Shown here in pieces: positions 12,630 through 22,511 of a stretch of DNA of 64,000 bases. A program made the position numbers and the translations under genes. Position 1 is the stretch's first letter. Each line of letters begins with the position of its first letter. The notes beneath the pieces were generated by a model that did no database searches, was not told where the DNA came from, and saw only the letters and a list, made by a program, of their open reading frames with translations. This stretch comes from Macrostomum hystrix (Eukaryota > Animalia > Platyhelminthes), in assembly GCA_950097015.1 (NCBI GenBank), contig CATNEN010000038.1:33232001-33296000 (forward strand). The letters are read 5' to 3'.

Positions 12630-12769
12630 GTATTCGCAATTCAATCGGATTTAGGCGTCATTTAAGTATCGGAAATTCCGACAAGAATCCGATCGGATTG
12701 AACGAGACAATTTCACTATAAATTCCGATCAGATGCTCCGACCGGATTCCGAGAACCGTTTTTAGTGGG
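12630..12769 (+). mobile_element. Right end of the outer CACTA element
   Basis: TCCGATCGGA-type subterminal repeats ending CCGTTTTTAGTGGG, a 14-bp perfect inverse of 3644-3657; directly abuts mid-gene pPolB sequence. Confidence 0.8.
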
Positions 12770-13785
12770 AGGTGGTGTAAAGGTGTTGAGGCAGCCGAAA
12801 GCAGCGACAATCGCTAACCGTCGGATCGTTCTCTTGCTGCTTCTTGGAGAGGCCAACAACAGACATTGGTGCGGCATAGTAAACCTCGATAGGTTACTGA
12901 ACAGTAAGAACAGTCTGTACCACCGAAAGTGGTGTGAGCGCTGCTTAATAGCATTCAGGAGTGCCGACAGATTGGTGGCTCACAGGGAGCAATGCTACCT
13001 ATCCGACGATCATGGGATGAAGGAGGTGATGCCGGAAGCTGGGCGCACTCTGACGTTTGTAAACTATCAAAGGACGCTTGAAGCGCCCTCTGTAATGTAC
13101 GCCGATCTTGAAGCCTTCGTCTGTCCGATTACGGATGAAAACCAACAACAGCAGCAGCAGCAGTGAGAGCAAAGGTCTGGTCCTCGGCTACTCGCTGAGC
13201 ATCTCCCAGCAGCCGCCGGGTTCACAGTTGTTGCCAGAAGTGGTATGAAAGGACCAGCTCTGAAGGATGAAGGAGCCGTTCACCTCTTTACTGACTCAGA
13301 TCCGAACAACTGCATTGAAGATTTCCTTCGCGGGATTGAGAAAGTTGCGCGTGAGATTTGCAACTGGAACAGAAGTCACAGCTATCAGAAGGTTGAGATG
13401 AGCCAACAAGACCGCAACGCTTTCAACTCTGCTCTTCAATGTCACTACTGCAAACAGAGCTTCTTGAGTTCAACCGACAAGCACCTGGATCATGACCACC
13501 TAACAGGGGCTTTTAAGGGTGCAGCGTGTGCCCGCTGCAACATGTCAGCCCAGTTAAGACGACGCTTTCTACCAGTCTTCCTGCACAATTTGAAGAACTA
13601 TGACATGCACTTGCTTTTTTCCACTGCTCTTGATAGAATGCAAGATTGGAGCATCAATGTTGTGCCTCAAACATGCGAGCGCTATCTGACGATGCGAGCC
13701 GAGTTTCCAGTAGCAGAGATTGTGACACCAAAAGGAAACAAGAAGAAGCTGAAGTTCACCATCCAGTTTGTTGACACATTTCAGA
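12770..13785 (+). pseudogene. Protein-primed DNA polymerase B fragment (exonuclease region with endonuclease VII-like insert); 5' and 3' truncated; in-frame TGA at 13164
   Basis: HWCGI.NLDRLL, CERCL..F...L..H...C, ExoI YADLEA, CHYC...DHDHLTG.F.GAAC..CN, ExoII FLHNLKNYDMH and FVDTFQ; polymerase motifs A-C absent. Confidence 0.9.
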
Positions 13786-14144
13786 TTAAGTTTTCCATGC
13801 GCAGTAATAGTCTTAATCCGCACAAAGACTGCTTGATGAGGCAGCAGTTGAGCCGGCACTCTGCGATGCAGCATAGCCACGAAGTGACGGGCTGCCCTGG
13901 CCGCATCTATGTAGCTCTTGGCCCCACAGATGCTTAGTTTCCCAGTGGGGCAGAGTAGCAGAGTCACTCTGGGATTCCGCATCTTTTTGATGAGCACCCT
14001 GGGCCAGACGGGGCGGTAGATCACGTGCGCCATGCTGAGAGCCAGTTCCCTTAGAGAAAGCTGTGCACCCTTGTCTCCACCCAGTCTCAGATCCACTCCG
14101 CCAACCAGGTTGGTGACTCGTAGGGTTGAAGCTACTGTACTCAT
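13783..14144 (-). pseudogene. TATA-binding protein (TBP)-like gene, truncated early in the second repeat
   Basis: VTNLVGGVDL...LSLRELA...VIYRP...LIKKMRNPRVTLLLCPTGKLSICGAKS..DAARAARHFVAML aligns with TBP repeat 1 (LQNIVSTVNL...YNP...[27 protein letters not shown]....LAARKYAR). Confidence 0.85.
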
Positions 14145-14161
14145 TTTTACTGCTGCTGCTG

Positions 14162-14169
14162 CTTTTATA
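14162..14169 (-). promoter_or_regulatory. Candidate TATA box (TATAAAAG) upstream of the TBP-like gene
   Basis: Canonical TATAAAAG on the minus strand, followed by CAGT just before the ATG at 14144. Confidence 0.45.
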
Positions 14170-14255
14170 GGAGCTCTTATGCCACGGACACTTCTCGCTT
14201 CTTAATCTGATGCAAAACTTTGGTTTCAGCCAGCTATAGTACATCAAGGAATTTC

Positions 14256-14645
14256 TCACAGCACACCACAAACTGATTCTGTTGCAGGAGACGATCCTAG
14301 ATCTTCTAGGTTGTATACTTGTCTACCCAGCAACTCAGTTAGAAAGATTGACTTTTTCTCTCCGCATGTCCAGGTGGGTCCGTAAGCAATAGTCAAAATG
14401 TCGCTCGCCAACTGCATGTATGGCCGGGTCCCGTCGGTCCACTTCAATTTATGCTGATACTTTGAGAGCTGCCTGTAGCACATTTGCATGTCAGGGGACA
14501 CTCGCTCCCATGGATATGGTGGAGCGTAAACATGATGAGTTATGTAGTAGCTTCCTGCCCTGACTTCAACAATAGCCAACTCCTTCACAATGAAATGTTT
14601 GCTTGCTCCCTGAGACATGAAGCCCTGTATGTCGATGCAGTTCAT
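14256..14645 (-). CDS. Polinton accessory protein, DEDDh/DnaQ-like exonuclease fold (C-terminus probably disrupted)
   Basis: CIDIQGF...FIVKELA...PP.PW...H.L.W..G...Y...K..FL...V.NLEDLG pattern, which I recognise from invertebrate Polinton proteins. Confidence 0.65.
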   Translation of the reverse strand: MNCIDIQGFMSQGASKHFIVKELAIVEVRAGSYYITHHVYAPPYPWERVSPDMQMCYRQLSKYQHKLKWTDGTRPYMQLASDILTIAYGPTWTCGEKKSIFLTELLGRQVYNLEDLGSSPATESVCGVL

Positions 14646-14994
14646 GATGGACGAATTCTTTACGGTCAGCAGAAATCGACTCAGTCCCCTTTCTTAAATA
14701 GATTTTTTCTTTTGCTTATCCTTAGCCAGGCTGTCTTACTCCCCAGTCCTTTGACTGAAAGCTGCGCTTTCCCAACTTCAGCAGCTGCAGCAGCAGTTGA
14801 ATCGGTGATTTGCTTCCTAACTGACTTTCCGATTGCTGATACTGGGACATTGAGGTGCTTTTGCTGCAGCAAATCACAAACGCTTGAGGCTGTTGGTGTA
14901 TTTTGATAAGGCGAGAACAGCAAAAAAGCTTTCGTGAGAATCAAACACTTCCATAATAAAAAAGGATGAATATTGAAAACAAGCGTTTCCATTC

Positions 14995-15642
14995 TTAAGC
15001 GTAAACAAGATGGGGCCGCTGGTTTGGCAGAATTCTGGCTCGAACACGCAGTTCATCAGGGGTGGATGGGTGAAAATCAAGAAACAGATAGGCACCCCTG
15101 CCCTGCGCTGTCACATGCTTGTACACTGAGAGCAGGAAGCCGGGTTTCTCTGCAAAGCACTGCCTGCCCAGTGCAGCAATCTGCAGCTGGTCTCTGGGGT
15201 TTTTCATGATCACAAAGTACATTGCATTCAGACTCATTGTTCGCAACTCCTTTCCCTTGAAAAACATGTTCTGAGTCAGCATCACCAGAAAGCACGGCAA
15301 ATGGTGTGCGATTCCGGTAAACACATTTCGCATTGAAGAGGAATTGGATGTTTCATCAATCAGGTCATCAAAAACTACCAGATCATTGGGTCTCAGTGAT
15401 GTCTCAATGCTTGTGGGAAATCCCTGTTGCAGGTACACACCAAGGCTGCTCAGCTCTACATGGGCTGTTTGGGAAATCCCATAGTACCACAGAACTCTCC
15501 CTGGCTTTACATCAAACAGGGCATCTCTGTACTGAATCAGATGCTTCACGAAGGTTGTCTTTCCAGCATTGGTGGGCCCGCAGACAATCATGCAGCTACC
15601 CTGCCGCAGTCGAACATCATAGAGGACTCTCAGTGACTCCAT
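14995..15642 (-). CDS. A32/FtsK-like genome packaging ATPase (215 aa, intact)
   Basis: Walker A GPTNAGKTT, Walker B LVVFDD, LTQN, and the SLNA.Y...KNPRD motif. Confidence 0.93.
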   Translation of the reverse strand: MESLRVLYDVRLRQGSCMIVCGPTNAGKTTFVKHLIQYRDALFDVKPGRVLWYYGISQTAHVELSSLGVYLQQGFPTSIETSLRPNDLVVFDDLIDETSNSSSMRNVFTGIAHHLPCFLVMLTQNMFFKGKELRTMSLNAMYFVIMKNPRDQLQIAALGRQCFAEKPGFLLSVYKHVTAQGRGAYLFLDFHPSTPDELRVRARILPNQRPHLVYA

Positions 15643-15649
15643 AATTTAA

Positions 15650-16099
15650 AAGTTTGGGGGAGGGGAATTATTGAACTATACTGAAGGCTTCCGTTTTCTT
15701 AAGCTGGCCTCAAACTGTCGTAGTATCCTGTCATTTAGATGACACTTTTGCCGAGTCACAGCATTGAATTCGATTTACGTTGCTGATCAAATGACAATCG
15801 AAACTTCTGGATTTCTTGAAAAAACTATTTATTGCATTTAGTGTCTTCGATTCTTAGCCTAGGGAGTTGAATAGCTCGATAGAACTGTCTCTACCAACAT
15901 AACACACAACCCAGTGACCAAATGACTCGCTGTGCTGCAGCAGAAAGAAAATAATCTTGCCCTCATGAGAGTTTTTCATCAAAAACTTCATGTGTAAACT
16001 CATTCTCGCATTTTCAAACTGTGGACCCAAAGTAACAATTAAATTGCTGCTTCTAGGCAAAAAGCTTCTGGTAAGAGCAAGCAGTTGAGTTGAGTCCAT
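15650..16099 (-). pseudogene. Adenain-like maturation cysteine protease
   Basis: GHWVVCY...IELFNSLG, then a stop; downstream NRIQ..DS but no CG catalytic segment; canonical position between MCP and ATPase. Confidence 0.8.
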
Positions 16100-16109
16100 G
16101 TCACTGCCT

Positions 16110-17374
16110 GTCTAGTCCAGCAAGAGCTCCCTATGCTTGGTGACCTCAATCAGTGAGTCATACAGGCACATGACACGGCTTCGTTCAGGGCTTGTCGGAA
16201 GCGAATCTCCAGTCGCAGGTTCCCCTCCTTCTGCCCGTACCAGAGAGCCGCCCCCTCAGGTGTGAGATCGAATGCGAACACGGTGTTCTCGGTTGAGAAG
16301 AGCTGGTAGGGAATCCACGGGATCGAGTTGGCGTGGCTTGCAGATTGACAGCTTTTCAGGTAGTGCAAGTACTCCCTCACAAACGAATTGTTTTCAGGTG
16401 TGAATGCACCATGGCACACGGACTCGCCTCCTTTCTTTAGAGCCAGCTGACTGAGGTTGAAGTTTTGGAACTGATACGGGTTGCAGTGATGATGACCGTT
16501 GAAGGCTCGGTGGCTCACAAAGGCCAGCATGATGAACTTTGGAAGTTTTCCGTGTGTAAATCCTTAAATGTTTTTTGAGTGGATTCCCTGCGGTAGAATG
16601 AAGTTCTGCATTTCAGTGCGCTCAATGGGATAAAGTGCATTTTGGCTTGTTAGTCCCTGCTCATGGGCTAAGCTGATGTGAGGCACCACTTTGACTCTAC
16701 GAAGATGGAGAATGCAGTGGGAGATTTCCACCCGGTATGCCGTGTTGTTGGCAGCTGGAGTTCTGATTGCAAATGCTCCATCGTTGGGCACCAGTTTGTG
16801 CAGGTGCAAACTGTTCAGCAGAAATACTGGACACTGGAAAATGTCACTGAAGAGCGGCCCCGCATACTCCATCCAGCGGGATTCCCTGTGGCTCTCCGTG
16901 TGCCCCTCAGCAGCAGAGTCTGACTCCAAGAACCCAGCGGGATAAAAATGCCTTTTCTGGGCTTCAGATGAGCACATTAGGGCTTTAAAGTAAGCATGGT
17001 AGGGATAGAGCTGATCTCCTCCAGATACAACTCGCTGGTTAATGCTGACAATTACATCGGAGAAGGCAGTTTGAATAACAAAATTCTCAGGATGCACATC
17101 GCTGTCTCTGCGCTCTGCAACAGCTCCATCATCATCGTTTAGGACATTCTCCCTCAACAAGCCCCCATCATGTCGGACGATGCGGCAGCGAATGTAGAGA
17201 AAGGAATTCTCCAGATCAATATTCATCAGCTGATTGATGACAGTCAAATTCAATGGGTGAGTTTGCAGCAATGGAATTAACAGGGTGAATATCAACATAA
17301 GTAGACTTTTCAATGCATGTCTGTAGCACGGGAGTCTTGAACAGATCGAGCCTGGGGTTAATTCCGTAAGCCAT
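16110..17374 (-). pseudogene. Double jelly-roll major capsid protein (frameshifted)
   Basis: N-terminal LDLFKTPVLQTCIE, PIEF, IDLENSFLYIRCRI, YPYHAY, ALYPI.R, GKLPK...AFNG...NPYQFQNFNL, FAFDLTP and GNLRLEIRF, spread over several frames. Confidence 0.9.
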
Positions 17375-17377
17375 TGC

Positions 17378-17758
17378 TTATGACAGGGAGTCCAGCACGC
17401 GCTTCACAGTTTTCCTGCTGACTTTTCGCTTTTTTCTACTTGTCTTGTTCTTTGTTTTAGCTGTCATATTCTTAGGCTTTTTCTCGCCAGTCTTGGTTCG
17501 CTTCCTTTGCTTACTCCTCATCCTTTTGTTATCTCCGCCAGATTTATTTTCTGTCGGCTTATTTTTTGTCCGTTTTTGGGGTAGGCGACTTTTTCTTTTG
17601 CCAGTGAAACTGGTAAGCAGTGACGTTGATGATGATGAAGCTGCTGGCGGAGGCTGGTATGTCATGACCCCGGGAAAACTTCCTCTGCCACAGAGTGCTG
17701 GCTTTTCGATCCCTGATAGAACCCCCGAATATTTCTGAATGAGCTGCTGATAATTCAT
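17378..17758 (-). CDS. Basic core/DNA-condensing protein (pVII-like)
   Basis: Starts MNYQQLIQKY at 17758; LCGRG fits the adenain (M/I/L)xGx-G cleavage consensus; K/R-rich tail; located between mCP and MCP. Confidence 0.6.
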   Translation of the reverse strand: MNYQQLIQKYSGVLSGIEKPALCGRGSFPGVMTYQPPPAASSSSTSLLTSFTGKRKSRLPQKRTKNKPTENKSGGDNKRMRSKQRKRTKTGEKKPKNMTAKTKNKTSRKKRKVSRKTVKRVLDSLS

Positions 17759-17769
17759 ATATTTTTCTC

Positions 17770-18560
17770 TCGAATCTGAACTGTAAGCAAAACAGGGCTG
17801 CAAGTCTGTGCAGTCAGCGAGCAGCCATAGATGTCGCGTAGACAAACTCGAATGCTGTGTAGAAAATTGACTCTGAATTGGGAAGAAAAGTGTTTTCTTA
17901 AACACTTTGCTCATGTAGTTGCCCCATTCCATCTCAGGTTTCATTCCAACAGTTCTCAGTAGGGAGTTCCAGTTAGTTTACTCAACAATGCTGCAGTGCA
18001 CACTAATTAGATTTGTGCGCGGGCAGCCTGTACAATGCTTTGACACGTGTCGACCGGGTTGGATTGTCACTGCCTGGCTTCCAAATCCCAACGATTGCAG
18101 AATTTTATTAGATGGAAGAAGCAGCTCCGCTCGTGCAGTGCTGTTATGCACAACGGTTCTCGAGTTTTGAATTTCTAATTTGATACCAAAATCTCGATTG
18201 CTGCGCCCCATCAGTCCCGACTCGTCAGCCTCCATTTCAGAATCTTTGTCGCTCCTTGCATCAAAGAACAGCGACTCAGAATTGGCCAGCAGGTCATTCA
18301 GGCGCTTCACCAGCTCCTCCACTCTTGCAAAGCGTCCGGGTTGAAGAACCAGGGCCTCATGCTCTCTTCCATCTGAGACAGTGATGCAGTAAGGTTCGTC
18401 AAGATTGAACCATGCAACAGGCAGATGGATTTCAACCTGCCTCATAGTCAACATTTCGATCCAAGTAAATAGGTGAAGGCAGGCGAAAACGAAAGTCACT
18501 AGAAGTACCTTCAGCATGTTCGCTGCTGATGACAATGTTTCTTATTATTGATCATAAAAC
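17770..18560 (-). pseudogene. Minor capsid (penton) protein, disrupted
   Basis: EIHLP.AWFNL, PGRF..VEELV..LN, L..LGF, ISVHCSIVE, then past a stop LLRTV...G...F...FFPI; located downstream of the integrase. Confidence 0.7.
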
Positions 18561-18581
18561 TTATCGCAATGATTAAAAGTT

Positions 18582-19649
18582 TTAGACTTTTCTTAAGTCT
18601 TTCTCATCCACCCAGCCAGTTGAGTTGTAGCCGGCCCACTTGACGAGATATCTAACTTTTCCTTTCCGCTTCTCAGTCTTCAATATCTTCTCAATCACAT
18701 ACAGCCGCTGTGAGTCCGGGACAGCCTGCAGCTCATGCTCATGAAAGAGCCCTCGAATCTCTTCTCCTTTCATGTCTCTAATCTTGTATATGTAGGGGTA
18801 GTGCTTCGGGGCCCTGGACACAACGGTGTACACTTCCTCACTCCAGTTTGCTTTGTATCCCTTTCGGAATAGCCTCGGCGCATTGGAGATTCTCACGGAT
18901 TGGCTGTCACAGAATTTCGGCTTCTTAACTTTATCCAAAGTCTCAATTGCTTTGCCATCATATAAGTTCATCCACACTTCCGATTCGTTTTCCTTGCAGA
19001 CAGTTCTGGGTGCCATTCGGATGCTTCTGTGATATGTACTATTATATGGCTTCACTAACTTAGGCAGCACATCAACCCAGTGTAGAGTGCTTTTGTATGT
19101 GAAATATCGCCACATTTTACATTTGAGAGTTCGATTCCACCTTTCCACAATTGATGCCTTCTGCTCACTGTTAGTTTTAAATGCCAGAATTCCATTGTCG
19201 ATGCAGCACTGACGAAAGCTCAAGTTAACAAATTCTTTGCCCTGATCTGAGCGAACTGTTCGAGGCCTGCGCTTTGTGCTCTTCAGAATGGCCTCGAATG
19301 CAGATCTCACATCTGCTGCTGACTTTGATTTCAGTGGTTTGGCCCAGGCAAACTTGGACAACACATCAATACATGTGAGAATATACTTTAATCCATGATT
19401 GTACTTTGCAAATGGAAGCATCTCAACCAGATCCAGCTCCCATTGATCAACCATAGCTCGAACTACAATAGGTGCTCGAGCATAATTTCTTCTTGCTGGC
19501 TTATGCAGTGTATAGACTACCTGATCATTCAGCCAATTCTTTGCAGCTCTTTCACTCACATTGTCACCTTGCTTTCGAACTTCATGCATAAGCTTGTTGC
19601 AACCAGAGAAGCTGGCTGGCTGCACGGGATTATAGTAAATATTTTCCAT
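18582..19649 (-). CDS. Polinton retroviral-like integrase (rve) with C-terminal chromodomain
   Basis: IYYNP..PASFSG, YTLHKPARR, DQWELDLVEM, IDVLSKFAW, SDQGKEF, ASIVERWNRTLK, FRKGY..NWSEE, IEKILK...YLVKWAGY. Likely start is the Met at 19649. Confidence 0.95.
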   Translation of the reverse strand: MENIYYNPVQPASFSGCNKLMHEVRKQGDNVSERAAKNWLNDQVVYTLHKPARRNYARAPIVVRAMVDQWELDLVEMLPFAKYNHGLKYILTCIDVLSKFAWAKPLKSKSAADVRSAFEAILKSTKRRPRTVRSDQGKEFVNLSFRQCCIDNGILAFKTNSEQKASIVERWNRTLKCKMWRYFTYKSTLHWVDVLPKLVKPYNSTYHRSIRMAPRTVCKENESEVWMNLYDGKAIETLDKVKKPKFCDSQSVRISNAPRLFRKGYKANWSEEVYTVVSRAPKHYPYIYKIRDMKGEEIRGLFHEHELQAVPDSQRLYVIEKILKTEKRKGKVRYLVKWAGYNSTGWVDEKDLRKV

Positions 19650-20333
19650 TCCATTAGTAATGTAACAAAGTAATAGTTCTTTTCTTAAGCTTCTTTCCGA
19701 CAAAATGGAATGGCAATAATCATACAGCTGCCAACAATTATATTGCTTACTCCACCATTTCACTGCAAAATTCGAGACTTTACAGTATAAAAACAATATT
19801 TATCGTTTGCATACACAGAACCAAAATATAATAATGCAGAATAGAAACAATAACAAAAGCATGTAGCATTCAATACAGTATACAACATAAACTTGAAAAC
19901 GGTAATTGTGAAAAGTGCATTCACTCTGGTACACATCACGCTCAAGGACCACTAATTGGTCTCGCCACGATCTCTTTCCTTATCTCTTTCCTTATCTTCC
20001 TTATCTCTTGACGCTAGCTGTCCAACCCCCCACCAGAGCGGCATATCTCTCTCCTAATCGCTGTTTATGGCTGGTGGGGTTTATGGCTGGTGGCCCTATA
20101 TTCGAATCAGAACCAACCCCGATCATAGCTAACTTTCCCCCACCAATTCAGCACAGCAAAACCCATTGTTTAGATACAGATTTCAGTAAAACATTTATTC
20201 CAGCTAAATCAAGTAACCGGGAAGAAATCAAGTAATGCAACTAACCATTAACTAGCTAATTGTAAGCATTAAATTAAGCACAACTGAACATGTAAAAGTC
20301 TGCGTAAAAGTAACTAATGTAAAACCAACCAAA

Positions 20334-21091
20334 TCACTCATTGTCTTCGTCGTTCCACTTCGGAAGCTTCACGGCATCCTGCCTGCGCAGGGGCCACGGC
20401 AGCTTTCGCTTATTGCCGCTGCTGTTGTTTTTGTTGTTGTTGTAACCGCTGATGCCGAGCCCCGCAGTCGCACGGAACTGGTACCAATTCGGGTCCTGCC
20501 TCAAGTCGCTGTCCTGCTGCGGAATGCGGCCAAGTGACGATGAAGCAGATGGGACCGGTGAAGGCAGCGCACTGGTTGCATTGTCAGACTGGGCGATGAG
20601 CAGCGTCTCCGCCTTGTCATCCTCTTGATGCTCGGTGCCAGTGTCCACTTCCGTCTTGATGTCCTCAGCTTCCAGCTCGTACTCGCTCTCCTGCGACTTC
20701 CCTCGCAGCTCACCATCGATCCAACTGGCCCTCCTCCACAGTTCTCGCCACAGACGAGGCGTCAGCGCCACTAAGTTGCGCTTCATGAAGTCCTACGTGC
20801 AATCTTCAGGCAGCCGCTTGAGCCAGATCACGCCCTCTTCACCTCAATGAATTTGTCAAAGCCCAGCTTGGCGGTCACATTGTGCCGGTTGACTGCAGAG
20901 TGGACCAATTGCGCCCTCAGCTGCTTCAGCTTCTCCAACTGATAGGCGTTCAAGTTGAAGCCAGGGATGCCAGGCTTCACTTCCCCTTGAGCAGTGAAGA
21001 AGCGCCGAATCGCGATGAAACTATGACCTTCATAGTCTTGAACCTGCACTTTGAATCCGTCGCAGAGATCCATCACTCGAAGAGTACGCAA
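20334..21091 (-). pseudogene. Tandem PC4/Sub1-like ssDNA-binding/coactivator protein with acidic tail; frameshift near 20835 and an in-frame TAG
   Basis: Domain 1: FKVQVQDYEGHSFIAIRRFF...GEVKPGIPGFNLNAYQLEKL (compare PC4 VSVRDFKGKVLIDIREYW...[20 protein letters not shown]). Domain 2: KLGFDKFIEV...IWLKR...VALTPRLWREL. Confidence 0.75.
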
Positions 21092-21157
21092 ACTTGTGTG
21101 TGTTTTTTATTTAATCAGCTGCCGTCATCTCTAAGTCAACAGCATAAAATCATCCCT

Positions 21158-21165
21158 CTTTTATA
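21158..21165 (-). promoter_or_regulatory. Candidate TATA box (TATAAAAG) upstream of the PC4-like gene
   Basis: GGGTATAAAAGAGGG on the minus strand. Confidence 0.45.
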
Positions 21166-21674
21166 CCCTCGAAGCAGAGTGGGGTGGTTTGACGATAAAG
21201 TCGTTCAATTGATTGCTACTTTGAGAGACCATGAGCCACATACTGAAGGCCAAACAGGATGCTGTTTAAATAAATACAAAACAATAATAACTAGATTTTC
21301 AAGCAAAAGCTCACCCAGACCCCAACCTATATCTCCTATACAGGTTGCAAGTAGATGGAACAGTTTATCACAGAACATGGAGACGGGCCTTTGTGTGAAT
21401 TTTAAATACCCAAATGTGCCAGCACAACTGTAACAACTCATAAACGTGTTTGATCAGTTATTATCTTTTCAATATTGCCCATCGCTCATTTGAGCAAGAG
21501 CACAGTCAGTTCCTTAGCGAGCTCCAGGTTTACGGGGGCCTTAACTTCAAAGTGAACGCAACAAACTGCACAGTTTATAACTTAATTTAGTTTAGGCTCA
21601 GGCAAGGCCACAGACTGAGGCGCTGACCACAACTCCACCTATCCAGGTTATTATCTAAGGCGAATGCAGACGCG

Positions 21675-21914
21675 ATGGCAAAATTGCAGGCTGAGCTAGA
21701 TAAGCAGCGGCAGGCTGTGGCTGAACGCGAGAAGGCAGCGGAGAAAGATCGGCTTGAGAAGGACACGTTGGTGCAGCAGCAGAAGACAATCGACGAGATG
21801 CGGAAGCAGGCGCAAGACGTTCTTGCCCAAGCGGACAAACGAGAGAGTGCTCTGCGAAAGAGCACTAGTCGTGGAGGCGGCGCTGATACTGCTAAGAAGC
21901 AACGGAAGGACTAA
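21675..21914 (+). CDS. Short coiled-coil ORF of unknown function (79 aa)
   Basis: GC-rich, coding-like codon usage with an E/K/Q/A heptad pattern; whether it belongs to the Polinton or is an isolated exon is unclear. Confidence 0.4.
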   Translation: MAKLQAELDKQRQAVAEREKAAEKDRLEKDTLVQQQKTIDEMRKQAQDVLAQADKRESALRKSTSRGGGADTAKKQRKD

Positions 21915-22511
21915 TTAGTTACACTCGTATAATAGTGACCTCCTCAGTCGGGACCAGAGTGGGATGGGATCAGTAAACAAAGGTTCCACAGTAGAGTAAT
22001 TTTCGATACATATTGGGTTCGCTAACGACAGTCCCCGACTCCCCACTCTCCAGTTCCCAGTTGTGCTTCTATCATGTAATATCCTTTCTGAAATCTCTTT
22101 CTGTGGCTCCTCTGCGCCCCGCCCTAAGTGCCATGTTTTGCGTGTGCAGTGCAAGCAGTTTAGTATGAGCTTAAAATATATTTGTAGTCAACAACAACAA
22201 CAGGTATGTTGCAATTTGCGCCGCACACTTGCTTGGTGTGCATGAAAGTATATCTGCGCTATTTCTTGTTCCTTGCGCTTAAAATCTGCGCTATGTTTTG
22301 AAACTGTTGTGGCAACACTGCTCGCATGTGTAACCACTCGTATGTGTAACAGCTCGCATGTTCTTGAGGTTTGGCACGAACAGACCCAGGTCCATGTGCC
22401 TCCAACAACTGACGATTCACTTGTGTTGTGGCACTCCCCGAATACACTCGTTTATTTTAGGCACGTTGCTTCCAATTTTGGCTTAGCTGGCCAGTTTCTG
22501 ATTTAGAGACT

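Larger units (their letters stand above)
12770..21441. mobile_element. Degenerate Polinton/Maverick (adintovirus-like) endogenous viral element; termini not identified
   Basis: Compact intronless cluster of pPolB, A32 ATPase, adenain, MCP, core protein, mCP and rve integrase, with many stops and frameshifts. Confidence 0.93.

Noticed and set aside
13164-13166. In-frame TGA in pPolB as selenocysteine or programmed readthrough
   Set aside because: It follows an unstable CAA/CAG tract in an element with many other lesions; ordinary decay is simpler.
13569-13937. Genuine antisense overlap of the pPolB and TBP-like genes
   Set aside because: Homology on both strands stops at ~13783; the overlap is read-through past a deletion junction.
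17378-17944. 188-aa ORF as a single protein
   Set aside because: The N-terminal part is the disrupted penton C-terminus; the basic core protein most likely starts at 17758.
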